Of a DNA stretch of 64,000 nt, positions 52,806-64,000 are shown piece after piece. The stretch is from the NCBI RefSeq assembly GCF_037042905.1, contig NC_087250.1, positions 8,620,001 to 8,684,000 on the forward strand. Reading direction: 5' to 3'. Under the pieces are notes generated by a model. It saw nothing but the letters and a program-made list of their open reading frames with translations, ran no database searches and had not been told where the DNA came from. Numbering within the stretch: the first letter of the stretch is position 1; every line of letters starts with the position of its first letter. The translations under genes were made by a program, and so were the position numbers. This stretch comes from Lytechinus pictus (Eukaryota).

Positions 52806-55460
52806 GGTTCTATAACAATAACCCAATTAGGGCAATCACCCCCTGACAACTACTTCAAGGAAAATATTATCCCCATATTTTTACCGCCGGGGACTATACC
52901 CCCCCCCGGAAATTTACCCTCCAGACAATTACCCCTAGTACGGAGCCTTGAAAATGCCATCAACGTGGCGACATGGCGCGGTACTTTATCTTGCCATGTC
53001 TTAATTAATCATTGGCGGCGGAAGGCAAAAAAATTAGGGGGGTTGTTGCACCCACAAATGTAATAACGCCCACAAATGTAATAACACTTTACCCACAAAT
53101 GTAATAACGCCCACAAATGTAATAACACTTTACCCCCAAATGTAATAATTTCACCCACAAATGTAATAATGCACTTTACCCACAAATGTAATAATTTTTG
53201 ATCGCCCACAAATGTAATAATGACTTTACCCACAAATGTAATAAATTTGAAGGGATTTTTGGCGAATCCGTTCTAAACTGAAATCCTGTAGTAATGCGTT
53301 CATATAGCGATGGGCCTATTGTAATAGGTCCATGATATAGCACAAAAGTGCAAAGTCTTTTTTCCAGACCTGGTTAATTAAAAAAATATAATATAAGTCC
53401 AAAGCCTTTTTTCCAGACCCGGTTGTTTAAAAAATTATAATATAAGTCCAAAGTCTTTTTTCAAGACCCGGTTATTTCAAAAATTATAATATAAGTCCAA
53501 AGTCTTTTTTCCAGACCCGGTTGTTTAAAAAATATTATAATATAAGTTTAAAGTCTTTTTTCCAGACCCGGTTGTTTCAAAAATTATAATATAAGTCAAA
53601 AGTCTTTTTTCCAGACCCAGTTGATTAAAAAATTATGATATAAGTCCAAAGTCTTTTTTCCAGACCCGGTTGTATCAAAAATTATAATGCAAGTCCAAAG
53701 TCTTTTTTTCCAGACCCGGTTGTTTCAAAAATTATGATATAAGTCCAGTCTTTTTTCTAGACACGGTTATTTCAAAAATTACAATATAAGTCCAAACTTA
53801 GATACGATAATGATATTCAAGTGGAATAAAAATAAGAATCGAGCTTAGTCTTTTCTCCAGACCCAGTTAATTAAAACTTGTGGAATCAATGTCTTGTTGT
53901 TGTTTTAACTTATACGGCGCATATCGTGAATATATACGTAAAGAGTAAATTGAAAATCAATTGTAGTCTTTTCTCCAGACCCAGTTACTTAAAATTAAAT
54001 ACTAAAACCCTATAGTAATGCGTTCATATAGCACAAAAGTGTAAAGTCTTTTTTTCCAGACCCGGTTAATTCAAAAATTATAAATATAAGTCCAAACTAA
54101 GATACAATAATGCTATTCCAGTTGAATAAAAATGAGAATCGAGCTTAGTCTTTTCTCCAGACCCAGTTAATTAAAGCTGATGGAATAAATGTCTTTGTTG
54201 TTTTTTGAAATTATACGGCGCGTATTGTGAATATATGCGCTAAGAGTAAATTCAGAACCAAGCTTAGTCTTTTCTCCAGACCCGGTTACTTAAAACTGAA
54301 AACCCTAAAGTAATGCGTTCAAATTGCACAAAAGTGCAAAGCCTTTTTTCCAGACCAGGTTAATTAAAAAATTATAATAAAAGTCAAAGTCTTTTTTCCA
54401 GACCTGTTTGAGTAAAAAAAATATAATATAAGTCCAAAGCCTTTTTTCCAGACCCGGTTGTTTAAAAAATCATACTATAAGTCCAAAGTCTTTTTTCCAG
54501 ACCGGGTTATTTCAAAAATCATAATATAAGTCCAAACTAAGATACCATAATGATATTCCAGTGGAATAAAAATGAATTCCAGTGGAATAAAAATGAATTG
54601 AGCTTAGTCTTTTCTCTAAACCCTGTTATTCCAAAATTATAAATAACAATACAACAACAAAAACAGTATAAAGACTCCATAATCTTGTTAATGATGGATA
54701 ACATGGACATATAGAGTAGTCTTTCAGCCAGACCCAGTTATTTTTTTTCAAAATATCGCAAATAGTAATAATAAAAAACTACAAATCTAAGACCAAGCAA
54801 TCCTTCAACCTAAGAACCTGTTTTAAAAAGAGGTTAAGAACGTTGTCTTTATTCCAGACCTAATCATTTAAAATATTACCCAAAAAAAATCTTCTAACGT
54901 AAGACCCTATCATATTCTTATTCTTGTGGAATAAGACGAGATTCAAAACGTACTCTTTCCTCCAGACCCAGTTTTTTAACAAATGAAATTTAAAAATACT
55001 TCAAATCTAAGACCAATTTTCAAAAGTTACACCCAGAAAAAAATGTCTTTACCCCACACCCATTTTTTAAAAAGAAATAATACTAAGACCCCTACAAAAC
55101 ATTGTAATAATGCATGGGTAAAGCAATCATCTTTTCTCAAGACTTGGTTATTATTTGAAAAAAATAAAATAGTTTTTACAAATATTCTTAAACGAATACC
55201 CAATCATCTAATTACTGTGGAATAACATGAAGATCGATTGTAGAATTTCCTCCAGACACAGTTATTTCAAGAATAAAAAAGCAATAAAAAACCCAACCCC
55301 CAACAACGAATCTAAGAACCATCAATCCTCCAAATTAAGACCATGTAAAAAAGCACATGTTTAAAGCGTTGTCTTTATTCCTGACCCAGTCATTTAAAAA
55401 ATGATTTAAACAATCTTAAAAACATAAAACTTTTTCATATTCTTATTCCTGTGGAATAAC

Positions 55461-55639
55461 GTGTGTGTGTGTGTGTATTTGAGTTTTGTCAGACGTGTAT
55501 CAATCAGATATGATTATTTACGTCTGGGACCGACCTTTAACGTCACCATCCGAAAGACGTGACCAGGGCTCGAACCTCTGCATCAATTTGTAACTTCCCC
55601 GCATAGCTTGGATTACAGGCGCACGCCACAACGCCCAGT
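55461..55639 (-). mobile_element. 7SL-RNA-headed SINE, full-length copy
   Basis: Minus strand ACTGGGCGTTGTGGCGTGCGCCTGTAATCCAAGCTA head, GGTTCGAGCCC B-box, (CA)n tail. Confidence 0.85.
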
Positions 55640-56683
55640 ATTATGATTAGTCTTTCTTCTAGACCCGGTTATTTAAAAGATAAACAATCATTGAAAAAAA
55701 AATCTAGGCTAAGACCAATCTTCAAAATTAAACCCAGTTAAAATGCTTGGGTTTAGAGCGTTGTCTTTACCCCACACCCAGTTCTCTTAAAAATACGAAT
55801 TAAGCCAAACTATAAAAATCATGTGATAACGCATACCACAAAGACGACAAATTAATCATAGGCGTAAATATTCATATGATACGCGCCTTAAAATCCAAGA
55901 TAACAACAACAATGTTTTTCTACATCAATGATATTGTGGGGTCTTTACTTATACTGTTTGTTTGTTTTTATTGTTTCTTATAATTTCCTATTTTGAAATA
56001 ACTGGGTCTGGAGCAAAGACTACACCATATTTCCATGCTATCCAATGTTGATAAGATTGCAGGGTCTTTGTTTTGTTGTTGTTGTTGTGTTTTTTAATTA
56101 TTTTTATTACTGGGTCTTGAGAAAAGTCCACGCTATATTTCCATATTATTCAACATGACTAGGATCGTGGGTCGTTGTTTTTTTAATTATTATTATTAAT
56201 TTTGTATTATTATTCTTCATTTGTTATTTGAAAGATCTGGGTCTATATGAAAGACTACGCTATATTCCCATGTTATTTAACATTAATAAGATAGTGGGGG
56301 TCTTTGTTTCTTGTTGACTCTTTAAAAAATGATTTGTAATTTTGAAATAAGTGGGTCTGGAGGAAAGACTGCGCTATATTTCCATGTTATTCAACATCAG
56401 TAAGACTGTGGAGCCTTTGTTTTATTATTATTATATATCTTTTCTATGATTTTTTATTTTAAAATAACTGGGTCTTGAAAATAGACTACGTTATATTTTC
56501 AAGTTATTCAACATCAATGAGATAGTGGGGTCTTTGTTAATAGTGTTCTTTATGATATGCAATTGTGAAATAACCGGGGCTGGAACAAAGACTACACCAT
56601 ATTTCGATACTAATAATCATATCTGATTGATACACGTCTGACAAAACTCAAATACACACACACACACACACACACACATACTA

Positions 56684-56860
56684 ACTGGGCGTTGTGGCGT
56701 GTGCCTGTAATCCAAGCTATGTGGGGAAGTTACAAATTGATGCAGAGGTTCGAGCCCTGGTCACGTGTTTCGGATGGTGACGTTAAAGGTCGGTCCCAGA
56801 CGTAAATAATCATATCTGATTGATACACGTCTGACAAAACTCAAATACACACACACACAC
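56684..56860 (+). mobile_element. 7SL-RNA-headed SINE, full-length copy (preceded by 3' fragment 56612-56678)
   Basis: Same structure, about 3 differences from the 55461 copy. Confidence 0.85.
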
Positions 56861-58365
56861 GCTATTCAATGTTGAAAAGATTGCGGGGTCTGTTTTTGGT
56901 TGTTGTTGTTGTTCTTTTGTTTTTGAATGATTTTTTTATAACTGGGTCTGGAGGAAAGACTATGCTATATTTACATTTTGTTCAACATTAATAAAATCGT
57001 GGGGTCTTTGGGTTTTTTTTATTATTATTTATTATTTGCTATTTGAAATATTTGGGTCTGGAGCAAAGGCTAAGCTAAACTTCTATGTTATTCAACAATA
57101 AGAAGAATTTATTTGGAAGATTGTTTAAATGTTTTATATAACCGGGTCTAGAGAAAAAAGACTGTGACTTTGCACTGTATTAACGCATTACTATAGGGTT
57201 TTATTTTAGAACAGATTCGCCAAAAATCCCTTCAAATTTTGTAACATATGTGGGTAAAGACATTATTACATTTGTGGGCGATCAAAAATTATTACATATG
57301 TGGGTAAAGTGCATTATTACATTTGTGGGATGAAATTATTACATTTGTGGGTAAAGGGTTTTAGTTTTAAGTTTTAAGTAACTGGGTTTGGAGAAAACAC
57401 TACGCTTGATTCTCAATTTACTCTTAGCGCATATATTCACAATAAGCGCCGTATAAGTTAAAACAACAACAAAGACATTAATTCCACCAGTCTTGATTAA
57501 CTGGGTCTGGAGAAAAGACTAAGCTCGATTCTCATTTCCATTCCACTGGAATATCATTACCGTATCTTAGTTTGGACTTATATTATAATTTTTGAAACAA
57601 CTGGGTCTGGAAAAAAGACTTTGGACTTATATTATAATTTTTGAAACAACCGGGTCTGGAAAAAAGACTTTGGACTTATATTATATTTTTTTAAACAACC
57701 GGGTCTGGAAAAAAGACTTTGGACTTATATTAAAATTTTTGAAACAACCGGGTCTGGAAAAAAGACTTTGGACTTATATTATAATTTTTGAAACAACCGG
57801 GTCTAGAAAAAAGACTTTGGACTTATATTATAATTTTTTAATCAACCGGGTCCGGAAAAAAGACTTTGGACTTATATTATAATTTATGAAATAACCGGGT
57901 CTGGAAAAAAGACTTTGGACTTATATTATAATTTTTGAAATAACCGGGTCTGGAAAAAAGACTTTGGACTTATATCATAATTTTTTTAACAACCGGGTCT
58001 GGAAAAAAGACTTTGGACTTTTATCATAACTTTTGAAACAACCGGGTCTGGAAAAAAGACTTTGGACTTTTATCATAATTTTTGAAACAACCGGGTCTGG
58101 AAAAAAGACTTTGGACTTACATTATAAGTTTTTAATTAACCGGGTCTGGAAAAAAGACTTTGCACTTTTGTGCTATATCATGGTCCTATTGCAATAGGTC
58201 AATCGCTATATGAACGCATTACTAAAGGATTTTAGTTTAAAACGGATTCGCCAAAAATCCCTTCAAATTTATTACATTTGTGGGTAAAGTCATTATTACA
58301 TTTGTGGGCGATCAAAAATTATTACATTTGTGGGTAAAGTGCATTATTACATTTGTGGGCGAAAT

Positions 58366-58569
58366 CAGTGGCGTACCTAGGATTTTCCACAGGGGGGGCA
58401 AAACCGTCCGCCAAAAAATTTGACAAGCAAAAAAAAAAAAAAAAAAAAAAAAGGTCTTCGGTCACAAATTAAGAATTTCGTACCAGAAAAAAATTTGACA
58501 AGCCAAAAAAAAAAAAAAAAAGGTCTTCGGTCACAAATAAAGGATTTCGTACCAGAAAAAAATTTGACA

Positions 58570-58625
<56 letters not shown>

Positions 58626-58755
58626 AAACTCGTCAGGGGGGGCAAAAATGGTTTTTCAAGCCCGTCAGGGGGGGGCAAAGAGACGTTTTTGCATGGGTTG
58701 TGACTCGTCAGGGGGGCAGAGTGCCCCCCCCTGCCCCCCCGTAGGTACGCTAGTG
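58366..58755. mobile_element. hAT-like MITE
   Basis: CAGTGGCGTACCTA..TAGGTACGCTAGTG ends, perfect 8-bp TSD GGCGAAAT. Confidence 0.85.
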
Positions 58756-60429
58756 GGCGAAATTATTACATTTGTGGGTAAAGTGTTATTACATTTGTGG
58801 GCGTTATTACATTTGTGGGTAAAGTGTTATTACATTTGTGGGCGTTATTACATTTGTGGGCGATTATTACATTTGTGGGTGTAACAGGGGTCCACCTGAA
58901 ATTTTGGGATGGACACAGGTAAAGAATTTGACAAGCAAATCAACCAACATTTATAGGAGGGACCACCAACATTTTTTGACAAGAAAAAAAAGGTTATCAA
59001 CCAAAATTATGGGGGGGGGGGGCAAAAAGATTTTAGGGAGGTCCACCTCAATTTAGGGGGGGGGACGTAGAAAACAAATTGACAAGCAAAAAAAAAAGAT
59101 TCTCAACTAAAAATCTAGGGGGGACCGTCCCCCACCTCAAATTTAGGGGGGAAAGGTCCCCCTTCCCCCGCTTCCACCGCCTAAGTAATTAATACGCTTA
59201 TTATTTCGACATAGCGATATATTCTAACTTGTCAAGTCGATATGTCGACATGGCGAGATATGAAGTGTACAAGTCCCGGCGAGAATCCCGATATATCGCC
59301 ATGTTGACATGTTACTTATTTAAGTCGACTTTGCAAGATAAAATATCTCGCCATGTTGACATATAACTTTTTATAAGTGGGCTGACTTGGCAGGATAACG
59401 TATCGCGCCATGCGGACATAATAAGCTTATTTAGTCGACAAGGCAAGATAAAGTATTTCGCCATGTCGTCAAGTCGATGGCATTTTAGAGGCTCCGTATG
59501 GCGTCTAGAGGGTAAATTTCCGAGGGGGGGGGGGCGGTAACAGTCCCTGACGATAAAAATATGGGGATAATATTTTCCTTGAAGTAGATGTCAGGTGGCG
59601 ATTGTCCTTTGGGTCATCGTTATAGAACCCCATGGACTCGTATCATTGGCCTTTTAACCTCTTGATGACATTGGATCTCACTATATCCTGATCATAATTT
59701 TACACACACCGCGGACTATCGGACCCGCGGACTATCGGACCCGCGGTCTATCGGACCCGCGGTCTATCGGGCTGTAACCATAAATACTTATATTGTATTG
59801 TATTGTATTGTAATGATGATCGAACTTCGTCTTTAGAATCATCAGACCTTTCACACGGAAAATTCATACCGTAATTTGAGTGGAACTTGACTGAAATTCA
59901 CCTCCGGAGTAGAATTTGAATTCGTGATTGTAATTAGCGTTCGTAATTCTGGTTTGGTTTCATACGTGCTAAAAATTCGTTATTAGAATTATTTTTCACT
60001 GGAATCATCATTCGAATTACTTTTTTTTTGCCGTGTGAAAGGTTGGTATAGCTTTGTAAAGTAATCAATGCCTTTCTTTTTCTCAAGGGCTCTTTGTGAT
60101 ATTTATTGTATCGTGATTTATTTCTAGGAAAAAGGTACTGGGACTAGCACATTTACTTCACGGATAAATCACATTTATTCTGTTTGAAGATGTGTGAGAT
60201 AAATAAATTATAAACCAGCAGCGAAATTCATTTGCAAGTGCAGTTAACCTAATTTCACTTCCAACTACTACACTAAGAGGCTGTTCTCACTACGTTCCTA
60301 AAACTAGTTTACTGGAAACTAGTTTAACGCGTAGTGAGAACGGTCGAAGCGGTCTTGGAAGCGATCTTCCAAACCAGTTTGGAAAACCAGCTCGCGATGT
60401 AGTTTTCTATGAGACGCCGATTGTACCAA

Positions 60430-61330
60430 TATTATATAGAACAATTATTTGTTATATAATCATTATTTATTAAATAATAACTATTATTTATATATAATTT
60501 ACATTTTATTTGTAAATAATTACTATTATATAAAATAACATTTCTAATTATTTATATATAATTCCAAGTAATACTTCATTATTTGTAAATAATAATAGTT
60601 CGACATTCCATTATTTATAAATAATGATTATTTGTCTTTCATTATTTATAAATAATGATTATTTGATTTTCATTATTTATAAATAATGATTATTTGTTTT
60701 TCATTATTTATAAATAATGATTATTTGATTTTCATTATTTATAAATAATGATTATTTGTTTTTCATTACTTATAAATAATGATGATTTGTTTTTCATTAT
60801 TTATAAATAATTTTTATTTGTTTTTCATTATTTATAAATAATGATTATTTGTTTTTCATTATTTATAAATAATGATTATTTGTTTTTCATTATTTATAAA
60901 TAATGATTATTTGTTTTTCATTATTTGTAAATAATGATTATTTGTCTTTTATTATTTATAAATAATGATTTTCGTTTTTCATTATTTATAAATAATGACA
61001 CTACATACTTCATTATTTATAAATAATTGCAATTCGTTTTTCCATTATTTATAAATAAGTTTTCTATTATTTATAAATAATAATTATTTATTAACAATGC
61101 CAGTGCACATTTCTTTATTTATAAATAATTTGTTGAGTTTCCCATTATTTATAAATAATGATTATTTGTTAAATAATGAAAACGTCTACTTCATTATTTA
61201 TAAATAATAATTTAGTTTCAATATCCCATTATTTATAAATAATCATTATTTATAAACAATTTTTACAGTTTGCCATTATATACAAATAATCATTATTTAT
61301 ATACAAATAACCATTATTTATTAAATAATG
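60430..61330. repeat. AT-rich 31-bp minisatellite with ATTATTTATAAATAAT palindrome
   Basis: Homogeneous centre (60611-60985), degenerate edges. Confidence 0.92.
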
Positions 61331-62504
61331 GAAAACTCGCTATAACATGGAAATGTGGGACCGCCCATGATATGAATATTCATGATGCGATTTCCTTTTT
61401 CGTGATTTTTCTTCACAAATTTTTGTCCGTTTCCTCTTCATAATGGCATTTCTTGAAGCAATTTTCTAGGGATATGGTCTGATTGTAATATTCTTCATTT
61501 TCTATATAACTTCGGCTTCGTAGAAATATCAAAAAGTGTAATTTATACGATTTTTCCTACAGTTCACAATCCCCGTAGGCGCGCGTGTATTTCACCTTTT
61601 CTCTCTGATCGTAGGAACAACCCAAGGGTTCATTACATGTTGTCGCGCACAGAAAAATTAAGCCATAGAAGTTGCGTGTTGTGGACACCAGAAGTGAGAT
61701 CCCAGCATGCGAGACCCACTTGTTAGAAATCCACTGACCGGTGAATCGACGAAATGCTCTTCATCGAAATATTACGTTGGTTGGTCCCCGGAACTGTCGG
61801 GCGGAATTTAGCCCGAAATCCGGATCAAGTGCATATGAGCTGAGAGAGTGAATGTAAGTGAATCAGGCCCTTCTACTTTCTATAATTTTTTGTTTTTTTG
61901 TTTTTGTTAAGTTAATATTTTCCCAAAAATGCTCGCAACGATACGGGGGCATGATGACCCCTAAATTTTTGAAATTTTTTCTATTTTTCTAATTCTATTG
62001 AAAATTATCACAAAATTCACCAAAAGTGTGCATGAAAGCCTTCACATTTCACTTTTAAAACTCCAAAAAGTGCCCAAATGACAAGCTTGGTCGCTTCGCT
62101 GTGTCGCTTTCAACTTGAGAACGAGTTTACACGCATACTCCCCCCCCCCCGAAAGAAATTCTGTGTACGGCCATGCTCAAAAGAGCCTGTCACATTGATT
62201 TATATATACTTTTCATTTTCATTATTTTTATATTTTTTTTCTCATTATCACCATGGCCTCACGCATAATTTTTTCAGGGGGGGGGGGGGAGCATGACGCG
62301 CGTAAACTTTCTATAAAAAAAACCTTGAAAGCGAGACAACCACGCGACCAAGCCAAAATGACAAGCTTGGTCGCTTCGCTGTCTCGCTTTCAACTTGAGA
62401 GCGTTTACGCGCGTCTGCCCCCATCTCCCGAAAGAAATTCTGTGAACGGCCATGCTGAAAAAGAGCATATGGCACCATTGATTTATATAGTGGAGCGGTT
62501 ATGT

Positions 62505-62825
62505 GACAAAAAATGGCCAAGATGCTCGGATCTGGCAGAAAGTGTGAAATTTGGGATACATGGGTATTTTTGGGCGCTGATTTCAAAAATTGCCGGCCCC
62601 AAGCGATTGGACCATCGGGTCGGCCGCCATTTTGAAATCCAAGATGGCCGCCATGAAATATCAATAAATGTCAATTTCTGGAGTTTTACATGGCATGTGA
62701 CACTGAAATTTGGCATATAGGGGTATTTTGAGGCACTGATTTCAAATATTGCCGCCCATCAGCATTTTGACCATTTGGTCGGCGGCAAAATGGCCGCCAT
62801 CTTGAAATCCAAGATGGCCGCCATG
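62505..62825. repeat. Repeat with CAAGATGGCCGCC (YY1-consensus-like) motifs
   Basis: Two units of about 175 bp with GGCCGCCAT(T/C)TTGAAATCCAAGATGGCCGCC hairpins. Confidence 0.65.
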
Positions 62826-64000
62826 ATTTGATTTGATTTGATTTTATTTCAGCATTTTTCCAACAGAAATAATTAACAAACATAATGTACAACATAAAGA
62901 AAAAAATAGTGATACATTTCTTTTTACAAAAAAAAAAATACAAATAATCATTCATTTGCTAAAATGTATATAGATAGTATTAGTTTGCAATATTATAAGT
63001 TGTACTTTGTTGAGTAGACAAAAAAAAAATGCTGGAGACCGCTACCATAAGCAGTGCTTGACTAGGGTAGCGGCCTCAAAACGTATTAGCGAAATAGACA
63101 AAAAAGAACGAAGTACAAATCAAGCATTGACTTAAATTAATTATAAACAGATATTATTAATACGATATTTACATGCAAGAACCTTGTATGCCTGATATTA
63201 TGTGCACATTTGACGTATTTGCATGTGTTTGTGCATGTGCAAACGTGTGCGCGTGTGCAAATGTATATTAAAAATTGTATGTGTATGTTAAGTGTGTGTG
63301 TGTGTTGAGAGTGGGTGTGCGTGTATGTGTGTCGGTATATGAGGGTGTGGGGGTAGTATTAATTAGGAATTATTGAATGGTTCCAGGATACAGCTTGAAA
63401 TGATAGAAAAGTTTGATACTATGACTTAACTTTTTTCATTTTCTGATGTAACAGTTTATGAGATCAGATAGAAATTAAAAATTTACCAAGAAAATTGAAA
63501 ATTGACCAAGACCCGTAGAACTCTTTTTATATATATATGCATAAATTATTCAGAATTGTATTTGCGTGTCATAAATTTTTTAAAGGATGATTTGAATGAG
63601 TTAAGAGAGGGACATTGTTTTAAGTATTGTGGTAAGGAATTCCAGGTATCTGGTCCATGATGGCGAACTGATTTTTGAGCAAGAATAAGTTTGGGGTTGT
63701 GTAGATGATAATCAGAAGAGTGGCGAGTTGGATATGCATGTATATTTGAATTTAAATTGAATAGATTTTGGAATAATGATGGAAGATTATTGTAAGTGTA
63801 TCTAAACATAAATATACCTGTTTGTAGAGTGTGAATATCCTGTATTTTAAGTGCATTTAAACGCTGAAATAGAGGTTCTGTGTGGGAAATATAATGCGAA
63901 TGAGTAACGTTACGAATTGCTCGTTTTTGGAGAAGTAGAAGAGAGTTTATTTTCGTTATACTACAGTTACCCCATACAATATTGCAATACATCATATGTG
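62826..64000 (-). mobile_element. 3' end of CR1/L2-group non-LTR retrotransposon
   Basis: ORF2 C-terminus, about 700-bp 3'UTR with stem-loop 63035-63077, (CAAAT)n tail. Confidence 0.85.
63546..64000 (-). CDS. LINE ORF2 reverse transcriptase C-terminal region (partial)
   Basis: YCNIVWG..LQKRAIR..HTEPLF..LKIQDI..YPTR..GPDTWNSLP..SLNSFK motifs typical of CR1/L2-group ORF2. Confidence 0.88.
   Translation of the reverse strand, partial: HMMYCNIVWGNCSITKINSLLLLQKRAIRNVTHSHYISHTEPLFQRLNALKIQDIHTLQTGIFMFRYTYNNLPSLFQNLFNLNSNIHAYPTRHSSDYHLHNPKLILAQKSVRHHGPDTWNSLPQYLKQCPSLNSFKSSFKKFMTRKYNSE

Larger units (their letters stand above)
53044..58886. mobile_element. 5.8-kb non-coding foldback element with TGT..ACA ends
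   Basis: TGTT(G/A)CACCCACAAATG TIR, GGGGT TSD, outer CCCACAAATGTAATAA repeats and inner ~56-bp CCAGACCCGGTT repeats in mirror orientation. Confidence 0.88.
47766..59779. mobile_element. Outer TIR element of a 12-kb nested transposon stack
   Basis: 16-bp CCGATAG(A/T)CCGCGGGT subterminal repeats inverted at both ends; left arm 47766-47928 plus 52806-52930 matches right arm 59500-59779. Confidence 0.8.

Noticed and set aside
55461..56860. Human Alu contamination or a functional 7SL gene
   Set aside because: Only about 45 nt resemble 7SL; the rest is non-Alu, lacks the S domain and poly(A), and is embedded in native repeats

Overview
AT-rich, intron-containing eukaryotic DNA. It is probably from an invertebrate deuterostome such as a sea urchin; this is inferred from repeat style and gene content, not confirmed. 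One complete 10-coding-exon gene can be spliced by hand on the minus strand (ATG 28400 to TAA 17775, 1689 nt, 562 aa, all intron phases consistent). It encodes a signal peptide, a YWTD/LDLR-class-B beta-propeller, five EGF-like modules, a TM helix and a short tail. A tandem paralog (exon 500-745) runs off the left edge. Most of the rest is non-autonomous mobile DNA: many TTAA-flanked (Kolobok-type) MITEs, 9-bp-TSD TA-ended elements, hAT-like elements, a direct-repeat (KolobokP-like) element, a 5.8-kb foldback element inside a 12-kb multi-level nest, tRNA SINEs and the 3' end of a CR1/L2-group LINE. The two most striking observations are (1) a young SINE with an Alu-like 7SL-RNA head joined to a B-box, a Deu/Nin-like core and a (CA)n tail, and (2) an 85-bp intronic tandem array that copies a splice acceptor followed by an in-frame stop and AATAAA, potentially giving a secreted propeller-only isoform. 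Almost all other ORFs in the supplied track are spurious.
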